The notes: a model not told the origin generated them from the sequence alone. A DNA stretch of 64,000 nucleotides from an uncultured delta proteobacterium (GCA_963771465.1 CAVYTU010000001.1:59279-123278), one strand, 5' to 3'. Positions 29,527 to 39,372 are shown, numbered from the stretch's first letter. Program-made: numbers and translations.

Positions 29527-30462
29527 TTAAACGGTAGGTTTTTCTAAAAATGGCGGCTGAAAAACTAGCTCTCCGTCGCCAAGCGGTTCGTCGTCATAGA
29601 GGCCAATGACCTTCTCAGGAATACGGGAAAAATCGGTGCCGCGCATGAAGTCTCTCAGGGAAGTTCCGGTAGCAGCGGAATCCACATTGAGCGCGCCTAT
29701 CTTGGCCTTGACGTCGTCAATATGGACGGTCCGGAAGTCGATGCTGAATCGCGTCTTTCCCGAGCTATTGGGGACCGCCGAATGCAACTGAGCTCCGGAA
29801 AATAAAATGACTCCACCCACAGGCGGGATCGGCCGTAACTGCGGCTCGAGCTCAATGGCTTCTTCGGGCCGGGGCTGGTTCTGCAAATAATCGTCGAAAT
29901 TATCGGCGGCCGACTTACGCGCGTATTTGTTCCAACGATAGTGATTGAACTGGCTCGAACCGTTGCGCACCGGTTCCTTCCAGTAGCGTGGGTGAAAGGC
30001 CAAGGCGCTGGTCATTCCAATAGGATAAACGGGCAACCACCAGTTCTGCTGGCAAAAAGGCGCTGAATACCACGTGTCCCTGTGCGGATGAATGCCATAC
30101 GTCAAGCCTGACGCCTGCTGGCCCGCATGCGTAACCGATTTTAAACGTGGAACGTCGAAATAGGTTTTGCTCAGATCGCAGCCAAATTCTTCGAGGATTC
30201 CCTGCAGCAGGCCTTTTGATCGCGGATGATGGACAAACCTCGGCTTGAGTCGAGCCAAAATCGCCACGTATTCATCGGCCGGCAGGTGGTGCTGCGCTAC
30301 TTGAGGATCGAAAGAACCGAACGCTTCTTCAATCAGCTCGCGAGCAAATTCGCACAATGCCAGTATGCTGGGGCGTGCGGAGAACACAAAGAGCTCGCCC
30401 TCATAAATAGATTGTCGCCGCACCCGATCATCGACATCGGAATCAATATAGATTGAATCCAT
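29527..30462 (-). CDS. Hypothetical protein with 2OG-Fe(II) dioxygenase-like motifs
   Basis: IHPHRDTW (HxD), NWWLP, FSGAQLHS (distal His), TRFSIDFR (RxS). Confidence 0.75.
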   Translation of the reverse strand: MDSIYIDSDVDDRVRRQSIYEGELFVFSARPSILALCEFARELIEEAFGSFDPQVAQHHLPADEYVAILARLKPRFVHHPRSKGLLQGILEEFGCDLSKTYFDVPRLKSVTHAGQQASGLTYGIHPHRDTWYSAPFCQQNWWLPVYPIGMTSALAFHPRYWKEPVRNGSSQFNHYRWNKYARKSAADNFDDYLQNQPRPEEAIELEPQLRPIPPVGGVILFSGAQLHSAVPNSSGKTRFSIDFRTVHIDDVKAKIGALNVDSAATGTSLRDFMRGTDFSRIPEKVIGLYDDEPLGDGELVFQPPFLEKPTV

Positions 30463-30667
30463 CTTGCACGCTCCTAGGTCAAATCTTCGCAGAGCAGGTG
30501 TATCGGTCTAAGCCGCAGGGTATCGATCAGAACAGGGTGTAAATAAAAGGCGCCATGTTCGAACTTTGACCAAAAAAACTCAAACTCGTCACCATCAACA
30601 ACAGCGCGAAAACCGGAGTCCCGCGTCTACCCATATCCGCTTCTGGGGGATCGCCAATAACATGACG

Positions 30668-31972
30668 TCACACCCCGTGTGCAAGCAAACCCTGGTCAAG
30701 CAGGCGGCCGGCCGCCTGCTTGACCAGGGCGAAACTCAACCCCGATTTCGCGGCGATATCGAGCAAAGAACTTTCTCCGTCGGAGTAGTTGAGAATCCAG
30801 AGCATGGCCAACTGATTGCTCTTGTCGTTGGCCTCACCGCCGACGCTGCCGTACAAGCCGCGCTTTCCTAGCTGCGGCTCGCATTTCGGATTTCGATTGA
30901 TGTAGCGGTGATTGTTTTCAAGGAGATCAAAGATCGATAGGCATTTATTAAAAGAATCAACCAGAGATTCGCTTTTGAGAAACTCAAGATTATCGGCCGA
31001 CGTATGATATTCGGGAAAGCTGTCATGAGGGGATCGCATAAAGCAACCCACGGGCAGATTAAAGCCGGGTGAACAAAACTGTCTCTCGTCATAGCCGAAA
31101 GGTGAAAACTCGAGAATCTTGTGCGGCTCTCCATAATCTTTCAGTACCTGAATAGCCGCACGATCAATCTCCGCGTCGCCGCGCCGGCTTTTCTTGTAAG
31201 TGATTTTGCCCGAGTCACCGACACACGCCAGGATCAGCCCGTGCTTGATCTTGCTGACCCGCGTCTCATTCAAGCTCAACCAGGCAATCGAGCCGATACA
31301 TCCCGGAGTATAAAGGAAGCGATATGAATATCGTTGCGAATCGGGATGCAGCGTTGCGGCCAAAAAGACCGCCAACGCTATGCCGGAGAGATTATCGTTG
31401 GCGAGGGATGGATGGCAGATGTGAGTGGAAACCAAAATCTCATCATCGGTCTGGCCGGGGACAAAATATTCTCCATAGGTCAGCTCGCCGTCTTTGAGCG
31501 ACGAGTTGATGAAGACTTCATACTCACCATCCGGCAGCGTCGCAAGCTGCTTGTGGCTGAGGCAAAACCCCCAATTCTCTTTATAATAGGAGGTGCGATA
31601 AGGGATCCAGTCGGGGTGTTCGGGTAGAGTAAACAGGTGCGATTTCAATTCTGTAAAGGAGAGTTTTTGGTTCACAGGTGTGCTGTAGTTTAAAACATGA
31701 AGATTACAATTTTGAAAATCGACGATTTTTTGCCCGCTGGGATTTTTGATGTAGGCACCCGTGATGTTCCATTCCTTAGGGATCGTCCAATCAAAAACCG
31801 TCGTTCCACTGGGCACGCTATGAATGGTCAATGGAATATAATCCTGAAGGATCTTGAGCGTCTCCCGCACACCGTCACCTGTGAGACTGCGGCAAATCGG
31901 ATAAAGCCTCCGGATGAGTTGGTACATTCCTTCAGCAAAATCCGGCTCCTGGAAAGAAAGCAGATTGCTCAT
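30668..31972 (-). CDS. DUF4910/DUF2172 M28 aminopeptidase-like protein with C-terminal winged helix
   Basis: LYPICRSLTGDGVRETL, FDWTIPKEW, IPYRTSYY, HICHPSLANDNLSG, GYDERQFCSPG, EYHTSAD, CEPQLGKRGLY. Confidence 0.9.
   Translation of the reverse strand: MSNLLSFQEPDFAEGMYQLIRRLYPICRSLTGDGVRETLKILQDYIPLTIHSVPSGTTVFDWTIPKEWNITGAYIKNPSGQKIVDFQNCNLHVLNYSTPVNQKLSFTELKSHLFTLPEHPDWIPYRTSYYKENWGFCLSHKQLATLPDGEYEVFINSSLKDGELTYGEYFVPGQTDDEILVSTHICHPSLANDNLSGIALAVFLAATLHPDSQRYSYRFLYTPGCIGSIAWLSLNETRVSKIKHGLILACVGDSGKITYKKSRRGDAEIDRAAIQVLKDYGEPHKILEFSPFGYDERQFCSPGFNLPVGCFMRSPHDSFPEYHTSADNLEFLKSESLVDSFNKCLSIFDLLENNHRYINRNPKCEPQLGKRGLYGSVGGEANDKSNQLAMLWILNYSDGESSLLDIAAKSGLSFALVKQAAGRLLDQGLLAHGV
30690..30729. 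repeat. Perfect 40-bp palindrome with no spacer, inside the DUF4910 CDS
   Basis: CCCTGGTCAAGCAGGCGGCC followed directly by its reverse complement GGCCGCCTGCTTGACCAGGG. Confidence 0.97.
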
Positions 31973-32137
31973 CGAGTTCCTAAGTGAGAAAAACACCTAC
32001 ATTTCAGGGTCACCAGGTGGTTCATTCTTTCTTTAAGCAATCCTCATTCTTTGACCAGACCACCGTCTCCACGAACCGTTTTCAACTGAAAACACGCGTT
32101 TCTCGCTCGCCTCAAGTTTGCGTGCAAACGCCGGACA

Positions 32138-32956
32138 TCACATTCGAGAATTGCAAATCAGCGGATCTTCCTCGGTTGGTAGCTTAAGGATTATCGCCTG
32201 ACCGGTGGGTAGCGTTATGGGAGATTCCGGCTTATCCGCAAAATACTCGTCCACCGCGTCTTTTTCGCCGCGCGCCGCGGCGAAGGCGTATTCATCAAAC
32301 AACAAAACACCCCCCGGAACGAGCCGTGGGTAAAAGTAACTGCAGCAATCCAACGTCGACTGATAAACATCGACGTCCAAATGGGCGAAAGCGTAGCGGT
32401 GGTCCTCCAGGCCGCGAAAGGTCCCCGGAATCCAGCCACAGCGAACGTCGATTATATTTCTAAATTCGCTTAACAAACCTTCCACTTTTTCCAGCGATTC
32501 GGCGGCATACTGTCCTTCGAAGAACCACTGATCCTTTTCGCCGCTTAGTTTGGGCAATCCTTGAAAGCTGTCAAATAGATACAGCTTTTTCTGCGCCCCA
32601 TTGCCGAGTATTCGAGCAAGCAAAAGCGCGGTGCCGCCGTTCCATACTCCGCATTCGGCAAAGTCTCCCGCCAGATGACGCGCGTAACGCGCCAAGCTGA
32701 TCAATATGTAACAGCGGTCGGGTGAAACCAATGTGTAAGGCTCAGCACCTTCATAGACGGATTGAAATTCCGGGTGTCCCGACCAGGGACTGAAAAGCGG
32801 ACAAGGACCCACCCATTGAGAATAGTATTGTGACTCTTTAACCGTCATTGCCGCTTTGAAGTCCACGTCTAAAACGTTCGGTTGACTCAGAGCATGAATC
32901 TCATAGCCCAGCCGATGTAAAACCGCTTTGCAGCCGCGCTTTATATGCTGGATCAT
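32138..32956 (-). CDS. TylF/MycF O-methyltransferase
   Basis: GDFAECGVWNGG, LFDSFQGLP, GWIPGTF, AHLDVDVYQS, GGVLLFDEY. Confidence 0.92.
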   Translation of the reverse strand: MIQHIKRGCKAVLHRLGYEIHALSQPNVLDVDFKAAMTVKESQYYSQWVGPCPLFSPWSGHPEFQSVYEGAEPYTLVSPDRCYILISLARYARHLAGDFAECGVWNGGTALLLARILGNGAQKKLYLFDSFQGLPKLSGEKDQWFFEGQYAAESLEKVEGLLSEFRNIIDVRCGWIPGTFRGLEDHRYAFAHLDVDVYQSTLDCCSYFYPRLVPGGVLLFDEYAFAAARGEKDAVDEYFADKPESPITLPTGQAIILKLPTEEDPLICNSRM

Positions 32957-32969
32957 GACGTTCTACCGA

Positions 32970-34229
32970 TCAACCGATCACCCTCACCTTGGGAACAGGA
33001 AGAATAAACTTTCCGCCGCGGCGTAAATACTCTGCTTGCTGCGCCATAATCTCTTCGACAAAATTCCACGCCAGCAGCAGCACGTAGTCAGGCTGGTCCG
33101 ATAGCAATCGCTCTGCAGGCACAACAGGAATGTGCATTCCCGGTGTGTACCGTCCCTGTTTCAACGGGCTGCGATCGGCGATGTACTCGAGTAGATCGGA
33201 GCCAATCTCCAAAAAACTGAGCAGTGTGTTGCCTTTAGCCGGCGCTCCGTAACCGACCACGCGTTTACCTTGATCGCGGAGCCTGCTTAGCGTTCGGTGC
33301 AAATCCTCTTTGATGGTCATCGCCCGCTCCGCCAGACGCTGAAAGGTCCTAAACTGGTCCAGCCCATTAGCCCGCTCATTGTCGAGAAGAGCCACGACTT
33401 CCGGCTCGACATCGCCCTCGCCGTGGTTTTTGACAAATACCCGCAGCTGCCCATGGTGGAGTGGTAGCCGTTCCGCGGCGACGACATGCATCCCATTGGC
33501 CGCGAACAAACGGCGCATCGGGTCCAAGGCCCAGTAAGACACATGCTCATGATAGATCGTGTCGAACGCGACTTGTTCCACCAGATCCAAGAGATAGTGC
33601 GCTTCGATGACAAAAGTGCCACCGGGCTTCAATACCGTCTTGATACCGCGAATGAAATCCTCAAGATTCTGGATATGGGGAAACGTGTTGGTGGCGGTAA
33701 TCACGGATGCTTTGCCCCATCGCTCGACGACCCGCTTCGCGGTTTCCAAGTTAAAGAGCGCCGTGCAGCGCTCGAGGCCGTTTTGTGCGGTAAGCTCAGC
33801 CAGATTTTGCGCCGGATCGACACCCAAGGTTCTCACCCCGTACCGTTTGAATCCCTGGAGCAGAGTCATGTCATTACAGCCAATGTCGATGACCAGATCA
33901 TCCGCGCCCAACCGGCAACGTTCAGTGATATTGTCGCTGAGGTCCCACAAATGATTCTTTAGGGTTTCTGAGGCCGACGAAACGTATAAATAGTCATCGA
34001 ACATCGCGTGCGGCGGCACCTGTTCTGTCAATTGCACGTGGTGACAACTGTGACAGAAGCCGATTTTCAGCGGAAACTTGGGTTCCTCTGCATCGATGTC
34101 CTCTTTGGCGATAAACTTATTGGCGAGCGCAGTACTGCCGAGATCTAAGAATTGTTCAACGCTGGGCTCGACGCAGAGAATGCATTGACCGCGACTCTGG
34201 TGGTTTTGTTCCATTTGAACTCCGTGCAC
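32970..34229 (-). CDS. NDP-sugar C-methyltransferase (TylCIII/EryBIII/NovU family)
   Basis: Zn site CILC...CHSC, DIGCND, FDTIYHEH, HHGQLR, YGAPAKGNTLL, D.SPLKQGRYTPG, LLAWN. Confidence 0.9.
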   Translation of the reverse strand: MHGVQMEQNHQSRGQCILCVEPSVEQFLDLGSTALANKFIAKEDIDAEEPKFPLKIGFCHSCHHVQLTEQVPPHAMFDDYLYVSSASETLKNHLWDLSDNITERCRLGADDLVIDIGCNDMTLLQGFKRYGVRTLGVDPAQNLAELTAQNGLERCTALFNLETAKRVVERWGKASVITATNTFPHIQNLEDFIRGIKTVLKPGGTFVIEAHYLLDLVEQVAFDTIYHEHVSYWALDPMRRLFAANGMHVVAAERLPLHHGQLRVFVKNHGEGDVEPEVVALLDNERANGLDQFRTFQRLAERAMTIKEDLHRTLSRLRDQGKRVVGYGAPAKGNTLLSFLEIGSDLLEYIADRSPLKQGRYTPGMHIPVVPAERLLSDQPDYVLLLAWNFVEEIMAQQAEYLRRGGKFILPVPKVRVIG

Positions 34230-34232
34230 GAT

Positions 34233-35255
34233 TCAGTGGGCGAACGGCAACACCAAATGCGATCCATGCACCTCATGCGTGACTGGTACTTCGGTAAGAG
34301 TGCAGAGCGCTTGGCGCACGCTTTGTTGCTTTTCCGGCTTGACGATAAAGAGCAAAAACCCGCCTCCGCCAGCGCCGCAAAGCTTGCCTCCCTCCGCTCC
34401 TGCCGACATCGCTCTTTGATACCATTGATCGATTTGCCCGGTGCTGATGGTGCTCGCCAGCTGCCGTTTCAATTGCCAGCTTTCGTTTAGTATTTGACCG
34501 AATTTTTCCGCATCAAAGTGCCCGTTAGAGGTCAGCGCTTGCAACTCGTACGCGTGGTTTCGCATAGTGAGCAAAGACTCCATTTGGGCCGCAGTATTGG
34601 CCTTCTGCTCGCTCAGCACCGAACCGGAATCGCGCTGATGTCCGGTCCAAAACATCAAAATGTTGGCGAACAGCTCTGTGAGCCCCCCGTTCGCAACGCG
34701 CTGCGGCTCGACGGTGACGGCGCCACCGGGTTTGAAGCAGAAGAAATTGAGCCCGCCGAACGCCGCCGCATATTGGTCCTGTTTGCCAATGGGTTGTTTC
34801 AGGACGTCGATCTCGATGTGGCAGGCTTCTTCGGCCAATTGCCCTGCCGAAACGCGCTCGCCACGAAACGCATGGAGCGCATTCAATAAACCTACGGCAA
34901 AGCTGCTGGAGCCGCCGAGACCCGTGGAGGCAGGCAGATCGGCGACTGTACTGACGTAAATGGGCGGCTTGATTTCCAGTAACTGAAGACATTCGCGCGC
35001 GATATCGTTCTCGATCTCGTTGATTGAGTTCACTTGCTCGCTTTTGGAGTAATTGACTCGAATGGCTTCGTTGAAAACGCTGCCATGGCGTTTAACGGTC
35101 ACATAGATATATTTGTCGATAGCGGTGCTAAAGACTGCGCCGTGTTCGCAATTGTAGAAGTCCGACAAATCAGTCCCGCCTCCCGCAAAACTGACCCGCA
35201 GCGGGGTCCTCGTGATGACGAGACCCGGATCGTTAATGTTCAACCGATTAACCAT
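34233..35255 (-). CDS. hddA: GHMP kinase, D-glycero-alpha-D-manno-heptose-7-phosphate kinase-like
   Basis: RTPLRVSFAGGGTD, PASTGLGGSSS, GKQDQYAAAFGG, GGKLCGAGGGGF. Context includes gmhA and hddC-gmhB. Confidence 0.85.
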   Translation of the reverse strand: MVNRLNINDPGLVITRTPLRVSFAGGGTDLSDFYNCEHGAVFSTAIDKYIYVTVKRHGSVFNEAIRVNYSKSEQVNSINEIENDIARECLQLLEIKPPIYVSTVADLPASTGLGGSSSFAVGLLNALHAFRGERVSAGQLAEEACHIEIDVLKQPIGKQDQYAAAFGGLNFFCFKPGGAVTVEPQRVANGGLTELFANILMFWTGHQRDSGSVLSEQKANTAAQMESLLTMRNHAYELQALTSNGHFDAEKFGQILNESWQLKRQLASTISTGQIDQWYQRAMSAGAEGGKLCGAGGGGFLLFIVKPEKQQSVRQALCTLTEVPVTHEVHGSHLVLPFAH

Positions 35256-35697
35256 TCTTCAGCGACCAATCATAGGGAATTTCCGAACTAAACGGGTCCA
35301 TGCGAATCATTTCGTCCGGGTCATGCGGCTCGGTGGCGCAATTGGCGAGGATTACCATTTTATCGCCGAATGCCTTATAGCCGTTGGCGATGCCCGGCGG
35401 CATTTGCACCAAGACATAATTGTCCTCGCCCAGAAACACTTCCTGGAGCTCGCCACGGGTCGGCGACTTTTCGCGTTTGTCGTACATGACCAGTTTGGCG
35501 CGACCCGACAGGACTGCGTTATTGATGGTCATCGATTTGTGCACATGCCACGCCTTTACGACACCGGGCCAGGCGCAGGAAAAATAAATTTCCCCGAAGC
35601 GAATGAAATGCGGGTCTGTCGCTTTCACCATGTGCATGATCTTGCCCCGCTCATCAGCGATTTGCCGCAGAGGAATGATTTTGACTCCGTCGATCAT
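35248..35697 (-). CDS. RmlC-like 3,5-epimerase (cupin)
   Basis: DERG, FGEIYFS, VKAWHVH, D.R..SPT.G, PPGIANGY. ATGA overlap with the upstream gene. Confidence 0.88.
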   Translation of the reverse strand: MIDGVKIIPLRQIADERGKIMHMVKATDPHFIRFGEIYFSCAWPGVVKAWHVHKSMTINNAVLSGRAKLVMYDKREKSPTRGELQEVFLGEDNYVLVQMPPGIANGYKAFGDKMVILANCATEPHDPDEMIRMDPFSSEIPYDWSLKNG

Positions 35698-36770
35698 CGC
35701 AGTGCCCCCGCTTCTGAATAGGCTTCGCGTTGCGCCGGGCGATTCCATTCGAGGGATTCGTCCAGCTGGTCGGTTTTGAGCAAGTGGCGCAGCCAGCGCA
35801 GTCGAGTAAACCGCTTGTCCGCCAAATCATCGGCGCTTAGGCCGATCTCCAGGAATTTTCGCCAGAGATCTCCAGCCCCGCGTTCGGCGGTCCAGCGAAA
35901 TTTGAAATCGGGAAATGTGCGCGCGAATTTGCCGAAGTCGGCTTTATACGTGCGCTGATCGGCGCTGCTTTTGGCCTCGAGCGTGAGGCTGCAGTTGGGG
36001 ACGGTTTGGGTGACGATATAGGCTAGGTCGAGAATTGTATAATTGAGCTCATTGGCTCCACTGTTGAACGCCTGGTTGTGAACTTGTTCAAGCGGTGCCT
36101 CGAGGACGGTCATGAATGCCGCTGCCACGTCTTGAATATGGATCACCGGTCGCCACGGCTTGCCGTCGCCGTGCACTACCACCCTGCCTGTGGTGTGCGC
36201 AGTGGCAACCAGGTCATTCAAGACCGTGTCGAAGCGCATTCTGGGCGAGATCCCGTAGATTGTGCCATTGCGCAAAAACGTAGGCGAAAAGCTGTCAGCG
36301 GCTAATTTCGCGATTGCTTGCTCGGCCAAAACTTTCGAACGCGCATACTCTGTGCGCGGGTCGAGGGGCGATGTTTCGTCGACCACGCTGGCTTCGGACA
36401 TGCCGTACATGATGCAAGATGACGAAAACAGAAAGCGCTCGACTCCGGCCGCTTTAGCGTATTCAGCCAAGCGGACGCTGGCTTCACAGTTGATTTGACG
36501 CGTCCAATTGGCGTCGAGGTTGCCGATCGGATCGTTGCTCAAAGCGGCAAGATGAATCACCGCGTCGTAACCGCGCAAGTCGTCGGGACGAATCTGGCGA
36601 ATGTCTTTGTTGATGGAACGAATCGGCATCGGATCGGGGACCAGCGTGCAGGAGCTGAAGTAGCCCGTGTCAAGGCCGACCACGTCATGGCCCGCTTGCA
36701 CCAGCAGCGGCGCCAGCACCGAACCGATGTAACCTTTATGACCGGTGATCAAAACTCGCTTTTGTGTCAT
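35694..36770 (-). CDS. NAD-dependent epimerase/reductase (SDR)
   Basis: TGHKGYIG, HLAALSNDP, SSCIMYG, YARSK, RFDTVLN, WRPVIHIQD. Confidence 0.9.
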   Translation of the reverse strand: MTQKRVLITGHKGYIGSVLAPLLVQAGHDVVGLDTGYFSSCTLVPDPMPIRSINKDIRQIRPDDLRGYDAVIHLAALSNDPIGNLDANWTRQINCEASVRLAEYAKAAGVERFLFSSSCIMYGMSEASVVDETSPLDPRTEYARSKVLAEQAIAKLAADSFSPTFLRNGTIYGISPRMRFDTVLNDLVATAHTTGRVVVHGDGKPWRPVIHIQDVAAAFMTVLEAPLEQVHNQAFNSGANELNYTILDLAYIVTQTVPNCSLTLEAKSSADQRTYKADFGKFARTFPDFKFRWTAERGAGDLWRKFLEIGLSADDLADKRFTRLRWLRHLLKTDQLDESLEWNRPAQREAYSEAGALR

Positions 36771-38001
36771 TGCTATTTCCTTTCGGTGAAGTCCGCTTGA
36801 TTAGTTCTTGGGCACAGTGGAAGATGGTTTTGGTTTCCGACACTCGAATAAAGGGACAACCTGCCGCCTCTGCCGCCTCACCGTCGCGCTCGTCATCGCC
36901 GATGAACGGCGTACGGCTCAAATCGAGATCGAATTCCCTTTGCGCTTGAAACAACATGCCAGCGCGCGGCTTGCGGCATTGGCAACCGGCATCCCAGTCG
37001 TGCGGACAATGGTAAATCGCTGCGATATGGCCGCCGGCCGCTTCGGCCTCCTGTTTCATATGGTCGTGAATGTCGTCGAGGTCCGCCGCCGTCATGGCGC
37101 CCCGGGCAACGCCTGCTTGATTGGAGATGACGATCACCTGGAAGCCGTTTGCCTGTAACAGCTGCAACGCCGCCTGGGCGTCGGGCAACCACTGGAAGCC
37201 ATTCCAGGATGTCACATACTCCGCCCGCGGCGGTTTGCGATTGAGCACGCCGTCGCGATCGATCAGCACCGTTTTCTGACGCTGAAAAAAACTCTCTGTC
37301 AGCGGCAAGCGATGCAGCCCGCCAACGCTATAATAGCGATGATCGCTGACGTAGCCGGCCAACTTTTTCTGTTGGATTAGAGCCGGATAGATGGCGGTCT
37401 CGAATAGACAGTTGTCGCCGTTGAGCAGACCAATCACTTCTTTGTCGATAATCGCGTAACTGATCTCCACTCCGTTCAATGACGGATCGCTGCAGCTCTT
37501 GTCATAGAGCGAAACCATGCCGTCGGCTTCGACGCGCACGCTGTTACGAGTGTAGCGGTCTTTATTGCTGTAAACCGTGATCATTGCGGAAGCGCCACTC
37601 GCCTGAAAGCGCTGCCACATGCGGTCGAAATCCATCGGCCAATAGTTGTCGCAATACATCATGAGAAAACATGGATCCAAAAACGACTCGGCAAGTTTGA
37701 GTCGCCTGCCGGTTTCATCCGCCACATCGGTCACGGAATATTCGATTTTGATCCCCCAGCGCCCTCCGTCGCCAAAAAAGTCCTCGACCACTTCGGGCAA
37801 ATACCCCAGCAGTAACAGCACTTTTTCAAATCCTTGCTCGCGCAATTGCTCGATTTGATATTGCAAGAACGGCTTGCCACAGATGTCGATCATCGGCTTG
37901 GGCCGAGTATCGGTGAGCGGCCGCAGACGCGTGCCGCGGCCACCGGCGAGGATAACCGCTTGCCGAGGGCGCTCTGTTAGCTGAGATCGATGGAGTTGCA
38001 T
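36736..38001 (-). CDS. Heptose-1-phosphate nucleotidyltransferase (HddC-like) fused to heptose-1,7-bisphosphate phosphatase (GmhB-like)
   Basis: ILAGGRGTRLRPLT..PKPM, then HAD motif DRDGVLN, SNQAG, CPH...CQCRKP, IGDDERD. Confidence 0.9.
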   Translation of the reverse strand: MQLHRSQLTERPRQAVILAGGRGTRLRPLTDTRPKPMIDICGKPFLQYQIEQLREQGFEKVLLLLGYLPEVVEDFFGDGGRWGIKIEYSVTDVADETGRRLKLAESFLDPCFLMMYCDNYWPMDFDRMWQRFQASGASAMITVYSNKDRYTRNSVRVEADGMVSLYDKSCSDPSLNGVEISYAIIDKEVIGLLNGDNCLFETAIYPALIQQKKLAGYVSDHRYYSVGGLHRLPLTESFFQRQKTVLIDRDGVLNRKPPRAEYVTSWNGFQWLPDAQAALQLLQANGFQVIVISNQAGVARGAMTAADLDDIHDHMKQEAEAAGGHIAAIYHCPHDWDAGCQCRKPRAGMLFQAQREFDLDLSRTPFIGDDERDGEAAEAAGCPFIRVSETKTIFHCAQELIKRTSPKGNSNDTKASFDHRS

Positions 38002-38015
38002 GAGAAGATTCGGCT

Positions 38016-38648
38016 TTAGATGACCGGTAGCCTGGCCCGTCTGTTCCCGAACTCTCCGCTTTTATGCCTTGTAGTGGAATGGAAAATATAGCGGAGCGCG
38101 GCATTGACGTTAGCTGATAAATTACTTTCCGTATCAACTTCCAGGTGAGCAAAAGGAATAGGCGCGAGACTGGGCTGTTGAGTCAAAAACTCTTCCCAGT
38201 GGGTCAATTTCCACCTGTCTTTGCTTTCCCCACGAGACTTAAGCCGCGAGCGCAGCACGGAGTCCGCGCAGTGACATCTGATCACGACGAGTCTCGCTTT
38301 TGTTTTTCCAGCCAAACGCTGGATTAAACCGCGCCATTTGGGATCCCTCATCTCCCTCATGTGAGGCACGTCCAAGATGACTGAGTTACTGACCGCCAGA
38401 TTTTCACTGACGATCCTATATAGCGCCTGGTAAAAATACGGGCGCCGTTTTTCGTAGTTTCTCCCCGTGCGGGTATGTGGGAAAAAAGCGTCAACAATGT
38501 GGTCGTTATCAAGGTAGACGGCCCAAATGCGACGGAGGATTTCTTTAGCCAGCGTCGTCTTTCCGGAGCCGGCGACTCCCATAATTAAGATAAGACAAGT
38601 TCTCTGCAAGGGCTGTCTCGGCGGCACCGGCGATCGTTCGCGTGTCAC
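38016..38648 (-). CDS. Small P-loop kinase (AAA_33/gluconate-kinase-like)
   Basis: LILIMGVAGSGKTT, SVILD, lid motif LRSRLKSRG, EVDT. Confidence 0.8.
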   Translation of the reverse strand: MTRERSPVPPRQPLQRTCLILIMGVAGSGKTTLAKEILRRIWAVYLDNDHIVDAFFPHTRTGRNYEKRRPYFYQALYRIVSENLAVSNSVILDVPHMREMRDPKWRGLIQRLAGKTKARLVVIRCHCADSVLRSRLKSRGESKDRWKLTHWEEFLTQQPSLAPIPFAHLEVDTESNLSANVNAALRYIFHSTTRHKSGEFGNRRARLPVI

Positions 38649-38662
38649 GGATCGTGGTTTGG

Positions 38663-39307
38663 CTAGTTATTTGCGGCAACGCGGCGACGTCTATAGGGAT
38701 AAGCCGTGCCGGCTTGCTCGTCGTCCTGTCGTGCCGGCAAATCTCTCGCGATACAATCCGTTAGGATATGGCAAAGCAGCGTGTGGAAGCTTTCGACTAA
38801 ACCGTAAGCGCCCCTCTCCGTCGGAACCCATAGAGAATCATCGACTTGTTTTTTTAACACGCCACCGTCGAAACCCAAAAGGCCGATGGTAGTTATTCCG
38901 CGGCTCTGGGCCAGTTCGACCGCTTTCACTAAATTCGGCGAGTTGCCGCTGGCGGAAATGACGATCAGCACGTCTCCCGACCGGGCGAAGTTTTCCAACT
39001 GCCCGGCAAATACACGATCGTAGCCTTCGTCGTTTGCTAACGCCGTCAGCCATGACACGTTATCGCTCAAGCTCATCACGCGCATAGGCGGGCGCTCGGC
39101 GGCTTTGGTCGCCTTGCCCAAATCATTGACCCAATGGGAAGCCGTGGCCGCGCTTCCTCCATTGCCGCAAATGTAAATCGTCGCCCCTTGGTCGCGGGCT
39201 TGCCGCAGCCGTTGAATGACCCTCTCTACAGAATCCAGATCAAATTGCTGCATCATGGTCTCAAAGGCATGGAAAAGCTCGGCAACATCTACACTCATAT
39301 GTTTCAT
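38663..39307 (-). CDS. gmhA: SIS-domain phosphoheptose isomerase
   Basis: CGNGGSAATASH, TALAND.GY..VF, ISASGNSPN, GFDGG, VESFH...H. Confidence 0.85.
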   Translation of the reverse strand: MKHMSVDVAELFHAFETMMQQFDLDSVERVIQRLRQARDQGATIYICGNGGSAATASHWVNDLGKATKAAERPPMRVMSLSDNVSWLTALANDEGYDRVFAGQLENFARSGDVLIVISASGNSPNLVKAVELAQSRGITTIGLLGFDGGVLKKQVDDSLWVPTERGAYGLVESFHTLLCHILTDCIARDLPARQDDEQAGTAYPYRRRRVAANN

Positions 39308-39372
39308 AATCGACCTCGTGCTGATTTAATCAATTCGTCAAAGCAGGCCCACGCAAACAATGCGATTTGGAT

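Noticed and set aside
30566-30871. + strand ORF sharing LVKQAAGRLLDQG with the DUF4910 protein
   Set aside because: The shared peptide follows directly from the palindrome and is not evidence for a second gene.
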